This document shows, piece by piece, positions 28,361-36,869 of a stretch of DNA of 64,000 nt. This DNA comes from Dehalococcoidia bacterium (GTDB taxonomy: Bacteria; Chloroflexota; Dehalococcoidia; Tepidiformales; Tepidiformaceae): assembly GCA_009839725.1 (NCBI GenBank), contig VXPF01000024.1, positions 94,775 to 158,774 of the forward strand, written 5' to 3'. Position numbers and translations under genes: made by a program. Under the pieces are notes generated by a model. The model searched no databases. It was not told the DNA's origin and saw nothing but the letters and a program-made list of their open reading frames with translations. Within the stretch, counting starts at the first letter, position 1; each line of letters starts with the position of its first letter.

Positions 28361-29307
28361 CCTGCCTCGCTCATCTCAAGTTTCGTGTAGCGCACTCCCG
28401 TCAGCTCCTCGGAAGCCGCCCAGGCCCGCCGCGCCACCCCTTCATCGTGCGATGCGGGAATCGATGACACGACGACCGGGTGGCCCCTTGTCTCGTAGAA
28501 GCCCGATGGCCCGTAGTACTGGCCACCGGTGGCCTCGGGATCGACGGCGGCGCGCAGGGTGGGGAGGGCGCCCATGGCCGCGCTCTGCGCCAGCCAGGCG
28601 TCAATTACCCCGAAGAGCCACCCCGTCCCCGGCGGGCGGACTGACGCTGCGCCGAGGTTCGTCGCCGAACCGCCTGGATGCGCTGCCAGCGACGACGCCT
28701 GGACTTGCGCGGCTTCGAACCGTCGTTGCAGCTCGTACGTGAACAGCAAGTTGAGGAGCTTCGACCGGAAGTACGCCCGCCAGGGTCCGTAGTCCCCGTG
28801 CTCGTAGAGGAAGTTGTCGAAATCGATCATGCCCCGGCGGTGTCCCACGCTGCTCACGTTGACCACGCGCGCTCCCGGTGTGGCCAGGAGCAGGTCAAGG
28901 AGCCGGCCTGTCAGGGCGAAGTGGCCAAGGTGATTCGTCCCGTTCTGCAGCTCGAACCCGTCCTCGGTCTGGCCCCAGGGGACCGCCATGATCCCGGCGT
29001 TGTTGATGAGCAGGTCCAACCGCGAGTAGCGATCGACGAATTTCGTGGCGAACCCCTCGACCGATGCGAGGCTGGCCAGGTCGAGCGCCATGAGCTCGGC
29101 CTTCGCCTCCGGGATTCCAGCCCTCAGCGCGTCGAGAGCCGCCTGCCCCCGTTCGGGCGAGCGGCAGGCCAGGATCGTCTCCGCACCCTTTCGCGCGAAC
29201 TCCTTCGCTGCCTCGAAACCGATACCGCTGTTCCCGCCCGTCACCACCGCGACCTTCCCCGTCAGGTCGGGAGTGTCGGCGGCGGTCCACCTCTCGCGTC
29301 TCGGCAT
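28357..29307 (-). CDS. Short-chain dehydrogenase/reductase (classical SDR), paralogue 2
   Basis: Same motifs as paralogue 1. Start set at ATG 29307 by alignment with the paralogue N-terminus (MPRRERWTAADTPDLTGKV). The track extension to 29502 overlaps the tRNA gene. Confidence 0.85.
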   Translation of the reverse strand: MPRRERWTAADTPDLTGKVAVVTGGNSGIGFEAAKEFARKGAETILACRSPERGQAALDALRAGIPEAKAELMALDLASLASVEGFATKFVDRYSRLDLLINNAGIMAVPWGQTEDGFELQNGTNHLGHFALTGRLLDLLLATPGARVVNVSSVGHRRGMIDFDNFLYEHGDYGPWRAYFRSKLLNLLFTYELQRRFEAAQVQASSLAAHPGGSATNLGAASVRPPGTGWLFGVIDAWLAQSAAMGALPTLRAAVDPEATGGQYYGPSGFYETRGHPVVVSSIPASHDEGVARRAWAASEELTGVRYTKLEMSEAG

Positions 29308-29339
29308 CGGTTCACCTGTGTTCCGTGTGTTGGGCATGC

Positions 29340-29414
29340 TGGAGCGGGAGAAGGGGATCGAACCCTCGGCATCCTGCTTGGAAGGCAGGCGCTCTACCAC
29401 TGAGCTACTCCCGC
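29340..29414 (-). tRNA. tRNA-Gly (anticodon UCC), CCA encoded
   Basis: Folded by hand from GCGGGAGTAGCTCAGTGGTAGAGCGCCTGCCTTCCAAGCAGGATGCCGAGGGTTCGATCCCCTTCTCCCGCTCCA. It has a 7-bp acceptor stem, D arm GCTC/GAGC, anticodon stem CCTGC/GCAGG with loop CTTCCAA, and a TTCGATC T-loop. Confidence 0.9.
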
Positions 29415-29522
29415 TCGCGGGCCCTCGCGATTGTAGCAACCGCATCCCTTCCGCCCCTCCCAACCTCCACCCCCGATGCGGTAGCCTTTGGCCCCACGAC
29501 ATCCACCTTGCGGGAGAAGACG

Positions 29523-30872
29523 ATGACGGCTCCGGAACAGCCCATGACCATGGAAGAGGCCATTAAGGCGCAGCTTGCGCTGGCCATCGAGCCCCAGGAG
29601 TTCGATAGCCCCGAGTACATCAAGGATCCCTTCCCCCTCTACAAGCGGCTGCGCGATCACCACCCCGCCTACCAGGACCTCTTCCACAACAACTGGGTCG
29701 TCACCCGCTACGACGACATCGTCTCCATCTTCCAGAACAACGACGACTTCGACCGCGCCGAGTACGACCCCAAGGGCGAGTACGAGTTCGGCAAGAAGCA
29801 CGTCTTCGGCCCGAACATCCTCGAGTACGGCAACAGCGACGAGCACCGCTTCCTGCGCAACGTCGTGGCCGACCAGTTCGTCGGCAACCGCCTCCAGACC
29901 TTCCTCCCCTTCATCGAGCAGATCGCCCGCGAGATGATGGGCAGGATCTGGGCGAAGTCGGCCGACGACGTCACCAGGGGCTTCGCCGAGACCGGCGAGG
30001 TGGAGCTGGTCAGCCAGTTCACCACCCAGTTCCCCATCCGCGTCATCTCGAACATGCTCGGCCTTCCCCGCGAGGACGAGGACACCTTCGTGCGCTGGTA
30101 CCAGCACCTCATCGAGGGGCTGGGCTTCGGCGGCGAACACCTCGCCCGCGGCCTCCAGGCCCGCAACGAGATGTGGGACTACCTCGATCCGCTCATCCGC
30201 CGCGCCGAGGACGCCCCCGGCGAGGACCTCGTCTCCCGCATCGTTCACGCCGAGTTCCGCGGCCAGCGCATGAACGCCGACGAAATCAAGGGCTTCATCG
30301 CCCTGCTCCTGGCGGCGGGCGGCGACACCACAGACAAGGCCATCGCGCTCATGTGGTACCACATGCTCTACACCCGCCCCGACCAGTTCGAGGAGGTGAA
30401 GCAGAACCCCGAGCTGTGGACGAACGTCTTCACCGAGATGATGCGCTACGACCCCGTCGTGCACTTCCAGTACCGCTACACCACCCGCGAGATCAAGCTG
30501 CACGGCGAGGTCATCCCCGAGCGCGCCAGCATCACCCTCCTCCTCGGCGCCGGGAACCGGGACGAGCGCGTCTTCAAGGACCCCGATACCTTCGACATCT
30601 TCCGCGATGACCTGCACATGGGCCGTGAGCTCCGCTCCGGCCGCTACCCCGACGGCAAGCACGGCCACCTCGGCTTCGGCATGGGCCAGCACTTCTGCAT
30701 GGGCTACGCCATGGCTCGCCAGGAGGCGGTCATCGCCTCCACGCGCCTGCTCGAAGCGATGAAGAACCCCCGGCCCAAGTTCCCGACGCACCCCGGCATC
30801 ACCTCGCCGAACCTCGGCTCGGGCGGTTTCCGCTCACCCGTCGAGCTCTGGATCCAGTTCGACCCGGAGTAG
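29523..30872 (+). CDS. Cytochrome P450
   Basis: FGMGQHFCMGYAMARQE heme loop and EMMRYD EXXR motif. Start moved to ATG 29523, after GGGAGAAG. The track extension overlaps the tRNA on the other strand. Confidence 0.9.
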   Translation: MTAPEQPMTMEEAIKAQLALAIEPQEFDSPEYIKDPFPLYKRLRDHHPAYQDLFHNNWVVTRYDDIVSIFQNNDDFDRAEYDPKGEYEFGKKHVFGPNILEYGNSDEHRFLRNVVADQFVGNRLQTFLPFIEQIAREMMGRIWAKSADDVTRGFAETGEVELVSQFTTQFPIRVISNMLGLPREDEDTFVRWYQHLIEGLGFGGEHLARGLQARNEMWDYLDPLIRRAEDAPGEDLVSRIVHAEFRGQRMNADEIKGFIALLLAAGGDTTDKAIALMWYHMLYTRPDQFEEVKQNPELWTNVFTEMMRYDPVVHFQYRYTTREIKLHGEVIPERASITLLLGAGNRDERVFKDPDTFDIFRDDLHMGRELRSGRYPDGKHGHLGFGMGQHFCMGYAMARQEAVIASTRLLEAMKNPRPKFPTHPGITSPNLGSGGFRSPVELWIQFDPE

Positions 30873-30896
30873 GCCCCGCCGGCCACCGGAGGCCCC

Positions 30897-31697
30897 ATGC
30901 CGTACGAACTCGAGGTCATCGCCCGGGAGTGCGATGGTGAGTCCTCGTACCCGCCGCTCCTGTTCGTCCACGGCTCCTGTCATGGCGCCTGGTGCTGGGA
31001 CGAGCACTTCCTCCCCTACTTCGCGGAACGCGGCTTCGATTCGTACGCCCTGAGCCTGCGGGGCCACGGCGAGAGCAGTGGCCCAGGGAGCCTCCGCTGG
31101 ACTTCCATCGCCGCCTACGTCGCCGATGTCGAGGCGGTAGCCGCTGACTTGCGCGCGGAACCCGTCGTCATCGGCCACTCGCTCGGCGGCTACGTCGTGC
31201 AGAAGTACGTCGAGAAGCACGACCCACCCGGAGCCGTGCTCATCGCCCCTTCGCCCCGGCGGGGTATGCGCAGCGTGTGGCTGCGCTCGTCGCTGCGCGA
31301 TCCGTGGCCGTTCCTCAAGATGTGGCTCACCCTGGACCCCTACGCCCTCTTCGCTACGCCCGAGCGCTGTCACCGATTCCTGTTCTCTCCCGACATGGAC
31401 GAGGAGACCGTGCGCCGGTACTGGTCCCGCCTGGGGCCCGAGTCCGTCCGCTCCGCGGTGGAGACGCTCGGGAAGCCTCCCGACGCCGAGCGCATTCGCG
31501 GTAGGCCCATGCTCATTCTCGGAGCGGTTGAGGACCGCATCGTCCCCGAGCCCCCGCTCAGGGCCACCGCCGAGGACTACGGCGCCGAGCTCACCATGAT
31601 TCCCGACATGGCCCACGACATGATGCTCGACACCCGCTGGACCCAGGCAGCCGACGCCATCCACGACTGGCTCCTCCGTACCCTCACCGCCGCCTGA
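30897..31697 (+). CDS. Alpha/beta hydrolase
   Basis: LLFVHGSCHGAWCW and nucleophile elbow GHSLGG. Confidence 0.8.
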   Translation: MPYELEVIARECDGESSYPPLLFVHGSCHGAWCWDEHFLPYFAERGFDSYALSLRGHGESSGPGSLRWTSIAAYVADVEAVAADLRAEPVVIGHSLGGYVVQKYVEKHDPPGAVLIAPSPRRGMRSVWLRSSLRDPWPFLKMWLTLDPYALFATPERCHRFLFSPDMDEETVRRYWSRLGPESVRSAVETLGKPPDAERIRGRPMLILGAVEDRIVPEPPLRATAEDYGAELTMIPDMAHDMMLDTRWTQAADAIHDWLLRTLTAA

Positions 31698-31713
31698 CCT
31701 CCCTGTACACTTC

Positions 31714-31744
31714 CACTAGCCACCAGCCACTAATCACTAGCCAC
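31714..31744 (+). promoter_or_regulatory. Direct repeat CACTAGCCAC x2 with 21-bp periodicity, 16 nt upstream of a P450 start
   Basis: Read directly at 31714-31723 and 31735-31744. A related CAGCCAC lies between them. Confidence 0.3.
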
Positions 31745-31759
31745 TCGCCAGAGGCCCCA

Positions 31760-33004
31760 GTGACGCTCAACATCGACGACGTCGACCTCTTCTCCCCCGA
31801 GACCCAGGAAGACTGGTACCCCTCCTACCGGGCCATCCTCGATCAGGCTCCGGTCTACCGCGTCCCCGGCCGCGACATGTTCCTCATCTCCAAGTTCGAG
31901 GACATCGCCTGGATCGTGCGCAACCCTGACCGCTTTCCCCACAACCCCAAAGGTAGCCACGACCTGCTGATGAGCGACGAGGCCAAGGCCTACCACGAGG
32001 AGAACGGCTACCCCCGGATCCAGCCCCTCAGCACCAATCCCCCCGAGCACCGCCGCTACCGCGAGCTTGTTGACCCCTTCTTCTCCCCCGCCGGCGCCGC
32101 CCGCCAGCGCGAGATGATCACCGCAACCATCGAGGAACTCGTCGACGACATCGTGGCGAAGGGCAAGGTCGAGTTTGTCCAGGACTTCGCCGTGCCCCTG
32201 CCCGTGCGCGTGATCACCCTCATGCTCGGGTTCCCCCTGGAGGACATCCCCGACCTGCGTGTCTGGTCGAACGCCTGGGTGATGCCCTTCCAGATGGGCC
32301 TCACCCACGACGAGCAGATGTACCTCGCCGAGAAGGGCGTCGAGTTCCAGAAGTACATCGAAGGCTTCATCGAGGAGCGTCGCGCCAACCCCGGGGGCGA
32401 CGTGCTCTCCCACCTCGCGGCTCGCGCCCGCTACGGCGGCGAACGCCCGCTCTCGAATGCGGAGATCGTCGGCATCATCAGCCACCTCTACATCGGCGGG
32501 AACGAGACCACGACTTTCGCCCTCACCTCCGCGCTCTGGCTGCTCACGCAGGATCCGTCGCTCTGGCCCCGGCTCCGGGAGGACCGTTCACGCGTCCGCT
32601 TCTTCGTCGAGGAGGCGCTGCGCCTCGAATCGCCGACGCAGGGCCTCTTCCGCATCACCGTGCAGGACGAGGAGATTCGCGGCGTGAGGATTCCCGCCGG
32701 CTCCGTCCTCCACCTGCGCTTCGCAGCCGCCAACCGCGACGCCGACGAGTTCCCCGCGCCCGACGACTTCAGCCTCGAACGGCCCAACGCTGCCAAGCAC
32801 GTCGCCTTCTCGCAGGGCGAGCACATGTGCCCGGGCGCCGGCCTCTCCCGGCTGGAGCAGAACATCGCCTGGGAGACGATGCTCGACCGCGTCGAGCGCT
32901 TCGACCTCGTGCCGGGCGCCAACGACTTCAGCCACCAGCCCGGCTTTGTCCTGCGCGGCCTCAAGGAGCTCCACGTCACCCTGACGCCCGTGGAGTCGCG
33001 CTAG
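31760..33004 (+). CDS. Cytochrome P450
   Basis: FSQGEHMCPGAGLSRLE heme loop and EEALRLE EXXR motif. GTG start. Confidence 0.9.
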   Translation: MTLNIDDVDLFSPETQEDWYPSYRAILDQAPVYRVPGRDMFLISKFEDIAWIVRNPDRFPHNPKGSHDLLMSDEAKAYHEENGYPRIQPLSTNPPEHRRYRELVDPFFSPAGAARQREMITATIEELVDDIVAKGKVEFVQDFAVPLPVRVITLMLGFPLEDIPDLRVWSNAWVMPFQMGLTHDEQMYLAEKGVEFQKYIEGFIEERRANPGGDVLSHLAARARYGGERPLSNAEIVGIISHLYIGGNETTTFALTSALWLLTQDPSLWPRLREDRSRVRFFVEEALRLESPTQGLFRITVQDEEIRGVRIPAGSVLHLRFAAANRDADEFPAPDDFSLERPNAAKHVAFSQGEHMCPGAGLSRLEQNIAWETMLDRVERFDLVPGANDFSHQPGFVLRGLKELHVTLTPVESR

Positions 33005-33666
33005 AGGTTCGCCACCAGCCAGCGGTGCACGTCCCCGCACCGCAGGAGCTGGCGGGCGCACCACGGGGCGAAGTGCGACTCGTCCGCCGGGAAGGGCTCC
33101 ATCCAGCGGACCTGGAGCCACTTGCAGCGCAGCAGACCCTCCCGCGGGTGGTCGGCGGCGTACGGTTTGGGCACGCGCTTGTACTCGACTCCCGCAACCT
33201 CCGCCCCCGTCTCCGATACCAGCGCCTCGATCGCGGAGGCGAGGGGCGCGCCCGTTCCCTCCGCGTCGACCAGCTCCCGCCAGCGATCCAGCGAAGGCGG
33301 CATTACCCCGGTTGCGAACCCCACCTCGTCCGCCGCCAGCCGCACGAACAGCGTCGGCGCGGACTTCTTCTCCTCACCCTCCCACCAGCGAAAGAGCAGG
33401 TGGTCCTTGTAGGGCGTCTTGTCGGCCGAGAAGCGGATGTCGCGGTTGATCGGCGAGATGGAGCCGTTCATGCGCGGCACGCCCACGATGCTTAGCGACA
33501 GTTCGTGCTGAAGTACTGCCGTCACCGCCTCCACGAATGCCTTCGCCGGTTCGGCGATGAGCGCCTGGTACGCGGGGCGATTGGCGTCGAACCATGCCTT
33601 GTCGTGCGTGGGTAGTTCGCGCAGGAAGTCGCGGGCCTCTTCGGAGAACGCAGGCGAGGTGGTCAC
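33001..33666 (-). CDS. DUF2461 (TIGR02453) family protein
   Basis: ARDFLRELPTHDKAWFDANRPAYQALI and SISPINRDIRFSADKTPYK match the family signature as I remember it. GTG start overlaps the upstream stop (GTGA). Confidence 0.75.
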   Translation of the reverse strand: MTTSPAFSEEARDFLRELPTHDKAWFDANRPAYQALIAEPAKAFVEAVTAVLQHELSLSIVGVPRMNGSISPINRDIRFSADKTPYKDHLLFRWWEGEEKKSAPTLFVRLAADEVGFATGVMPPSLDRWRELVDAEGTGAPLASAIEALVSETGAEVAGVEYKRVPKPYAADHPREGLLRCKWLQVRWMEPFPADESHFAPWCARQLLRCGDVHRWLVANL

Positions 33667-34010
33667 GCCGACCCACCGTCGACGAACGCCCGCCCTTCAT
33701 CGAGCAGCGTCTGCCACAGCGCTTCGTCCCGTTCCGGCACATGGACCCACTCGCGGAAGCGCCGTCCCGCGGGCGCGAACGGCAGGCCCGCGCCCTCCTC
33801 GATGAGCTCCTCCACCCGGCCCGCGGCCAGCTTCACGACCAGGTCGCCGGTGCGGTGCTCCGCCATCGCGAGGAAGCCGCCGCTGCTCGTTCGCAGGCAG
33901 GGGAAGCCCATGATGGTGCCCTCCTCCACCTCCCCGGAGGCGAGCAGCGGCTCCGCTAGCTCCCAGAACAGCGCGTCGTCCGTTCCCGGCTCGCGCCTGA
34001 TGGGGCTCAC
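33663..34010 (-). CDS. Small hypothetical protein (TfoX-N/YjbR-like, tentative)
   Basis: Start set at GTG 34010, which overlaps the upstream stop (GTGA). The MGFPCLR..GGFLAM..DLVVKL pattern is reminiscent of TfoX N-terminal domains. Confidence 0.45.
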   Translation of the reverse strand: MSPIRREPGTDDALFWELAEPLLASGEVEEGTIMGFPCLRTSSGGFLAMAEHRTGDLVVKLAAGRVEELIEEGAGLPFAPAGRRFREWVHVPERDEALWQTLLDEGRAFVDGGSA

Positions 34011-35032
34011 TGCCCCTCCAGGGCGCGGCGCACCCTGCTCAGGGTGACCGCCGGCTGGGGTGGGCTCCCCCCGAACTTGGGGATGGCGTCTCGCCAGCCG
34101 AGCCGCATGTCCCACGCCGCCAGCGGGGCCAGCAGGATCGCCGGCAGGATGATGATCGCCTCAACCCCGACCGCGTACGAGAGCGCCGCCGCCTGGGTCT
34201 CGCCCAGCGCCACCAGCGCCTCCTTCGCCACGAACGCGAGCCCGACGCTCGCCTGCGCCAGGGGGATGCCCGCGCCGATGTTCGCCGCCGCCACCACGAA
34301 GATGTGGACGAGGAAGTTGAGGCTGATCCCCAGCGAGGCCGCGACCGCCCAGTAGAGCAGTGCCTCGCTCATCCAGATTGCGGCTGAGAGGGCCAGCACG
34401 TTCCCCGTCTGGCGCGGGCTCTGCACCGAGCGCAGGCCCGTCAGGAAGGGAGAGATGCGAGGGTGCGCGAGAAGGCCCCGCCAGCCGATGGCCGAGGGCG
34501 GCTCGCCCCGGTCCCGCGTGAGGAACCACGCCAGCCCGATGCCGGCGGGCGTGCCGAACAGCATGAAGGCGCCCAGCCCCGTGAAGCTGTTGCCGATGGT
34601 GAGCGTCGCGATGGCCACCGCCATCAGGAGGGCGAACACGAAACCGTCCATGATCCGCTCGAGCGCTTCCGCCCCAAGCAGCTCCAGCCGCCCGATGCCG
34701 AACTTCCGCGCCGTCACCTGGATCATGAGCACGTAGCCCAGCCCGAACGGCAGCGCCATGTTCGCCGCCTGCCCGAGGATGACGCGCGGGAACGCTCGCC
34801 GCGTCGTCACGCTCTTCAGGTGCTCCACCAGGATTCTCCAGCGGATGGCGCGCAGCCAGTACCGGGTGAAGAACACGAGGGCGATCGGCACGAGGAAGCG
34901 GAGATCGGCCTTCTGCAGTGTTCTCGCCACCTCCCCCAGGTCCACGTCGCGCAGGAGCAGCCACACGAGGAATAGGCTGATGCCGACGCCCACGGTGATC
35001 CGCAGCGGCTTGGCCAATCGCCCCAGCGACAC
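34007..35032 (-). CDS. Lysylphosphatidylglycerol-synthase-TM-region (UPF0104, flippase-like) family membrane protein
   Basis: The N-terminus LRITVGVGISLFLVWLLLRDVDLGEV...RYWLRAIRWRIL is typical. About 8 TM segments. Confidence 0.75.
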   Translation of the reverse strand: MSLGRLAKPLRITVGVGISLFLVWLLLRDVDLGEVARTLQKADLRFLVPIALVFFTRYWLRAIRWRILVEHLKSVTTRRAFPRVILGQAANMALPFGLGYVLMIQVTARKFGIGRLELLGAEALERIMDGFVFALLMAVAIATLTIGNSFTGLGAFMLFGTPAGIGLAWFLTRDRGEPPSAIGWRGLLAHPRISPFLTGLRSVQSPRQTGNVLALSAAIWMSEALLYWAVAASLGISLNFLVHIFVVAAANIGAGIPLAQASVGLAFVAKEALVALGETQAAALSYAVGVEAIIILPAILLAPLAAWDMRLGWRDAIPKFGGSPPQPAVTLSRVRRALEGQ

Positions 35033-35131
35033 GCGCTCCCTCCGGGGCCGCGGGCGCTTCAGTGCTTCCCCGCGACAACAGCGAGCCTATTCTGAACGTT
35101 CGTGCCAGCGCTGGGTAGGGTGTTGGGAGGC

Positions 35132-36817
35132 CTACTGCCCGGGCGGGTCCGCTTCCGGCAACTCCTCGATCTGGTCGAGCACCGCCTCCTCGGGGTCGCC
35201 TTCACCCCGGCCCTCGCCGCTCGCGCTCACGCCCACCACCTCCGCGAAGCGCCGGAATGACTCCAGCGAGTCGCCGTACTTACGGTGCCCCGCGGTGTGC
35301 CACGCGCTCGCCAGCAGGAGCGTGTCCCGCCTCGTCGAGGTCGAGTGTCCGTAGTCCTCCGCCAGGCAGAGCCCGATCTCCTGGTTGTGCGGGTCGTTCC
35401 CGTGCTTGACCGCCGCTGTCGTGAGCGTCTGCACGAGCGGAGAGCGCCCGAAGCCGTTGTCGAGGTACGCCTGCGTCCAGGCGACGCTCTCCTCCTTGTT
35501 CAGCGCCATCAGGGCGTCGTCCAGCCGCGCCAGCAGCTGGTCGCCGGAGAGCGACTCGTGCCCTTGCGGGGGCGAGATGAGCGGGCGGCCGTGCCCCTTC
35601 AGGTTCGCGATCCAGCGCGCCGCCTGGTTTACGAACGAGCCGGCCACGAACAGCAGCTTCGTGCGGTGCGGGTGCTCGAAGTTGTCGTAGAACCAGCGCA
35701 CGGTGTTCGTGTACTCGTAGGCGTGCTGCGGCATCGAGAACTCGTCCGGCACCACCGTCTCCAGCAACACGTTCGCGGCCGCCACCTGGATCGTGTCGAT
35801 GAGGTGGCGGGGGCTCCGCCCCGCCAGCAGCAGTGCCACGAGGTGCTCGATGTAGTCGGGCTCCGGCATCGTGGTGAGCGCCCGGATCAGCCCCTCCGCC
35901 TCCGGTTCCGAAAGCGGCGCTTCGTTCGCGAACAGCTCCATGTCGCGGCTGGCGCCCGGCGTCGGGTCGATCGAGGAGCTCGGGAGCTCTTCCCGCAACC
36001 TGTAGATCTCGACCTGGCAGGCCATCTCGTACTCGGAGTGCCAGCGCGGCCCCACGGCCACGTCGAGCACGCCCGCGTAGAGGACGTGGTGGGCGTTCTC
36101 CCAGCCGATCGCCTGGCCCAACTCGATCGTGGCGCGGGCGCGGTAGGCCTTGTGCCCGGTGGTGTAGGAGCGGTTGTAGAGGAGCCGTCCCTGCACGTCG
36201 ATGAGGCCCGCGAACACCAGCTGCGCGAGCAGCTCCTTGCGCCGCTCCGTCTCCTCGAACAGCCCCAGGAACACGCGGTAGGCGCGGATGACTTCGCCCT
36301 GTTCCACCAGCGTAAGCCACTCGTTCAGGCGCTCCTCGAAGGTCCCCTCGATGTGCAGCGGCTCCTGGTCCTCCCAGTGCCGCTCGGGCGGTGGCGGCTC
36401 CACGCCGGGCACGGGCTTGTAGGTGCGTCGCCCGTAGTGCCCGGGCATCCGCCCGATGAGCTGGTTCCACGGGTCGAGCCCGGTGGGCACGTACCAGAGG
36501 GTTTGCGCGATCGGCAGGTGCTTCAGCTCCGGCGGCAGGTAGCGGGGAAGGGTCAGGCTGGTGCGCGAGCTGAGCATGCAGTGGTCGTTGTTCACGAACC
36601 GCATGACTCCGCCGTCGACGCGCTGGTGATACGGGACGTTCGTGTAGGGGCCGTGCGTGCGCACGGTTTCGCTCAGGATCTCGACCGGGTCGCGATCCGC
36701 GGCCAGCAGGTCGAGCAGCGTCTGTCGCGTACCGTCCTGGTCGCGCCCGAGGATGTTCTCGCTCAGCTGCGCGAAGAGCCGGTCGGCTTCCTTGTCCCGC
36801 GTCGCCGTGGCCGTCAT
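35132..36817 (-). CDS. Hypothetical protein, 561 aa, no recognised domain
   Basis: Long ORF with genome-typical codon bias. No TM segment or signal peptide. Several conserved-looking His/Tyr/Trp clusters. Confidence 0.7.
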   Translation of the reverse strand: MTATATRDKEADRLFAQLSENILGRDQDGTRQTLLDLLAADRDPVEILSETVRTHGPYTNVPYHQRVDGGVMRFVNNDHCMLSSRTSLTLPRYLPPELKHLPIAQTLWYVPTGLDPWNQLIGRMPGHYGRRTYKPVPGVEPPPPERHWEDQEPLHIEGTFEERLNEWLTLVEQGEVIRAYRVFLGLFEETERRKELLAQLVFAGLIDVQGRLLYNRSYTTGHKAYRARATIELGQAIGWENAHHVLYAGVLDVAVGPRWHSEYEMACQVEIYRLREELPSSSIDPTPGASRDMELFANEAPLSEPEAEGLIRALTTMPEPDYIEHLVALLLAGRSPRHLIDTIQVAAANVLLETVVPDEFSMPQHAYEYTNTVRWFYDNFEHPHRTKLLFVAGSFVNQAARWIANLKGHGRPLISPPQGHESLSGDQLLARLDDALMALNKEESVAWTQAYLDNGFGRSPLVQTLTTAAVKHGNDPHNQEIGLCLAEDYGHSTSTRRDTLLLASAWHTAGHRKYGDSLESFRRFAEVVGVSASGEGRGEGDPEEAVLDQIEELPEADPPGQ

Positions 36818-36869
36818 CGCGAGTCTCCCGTCGTGCTCCCTGCGACTGGCCCGATTATAGGCGGGAACG

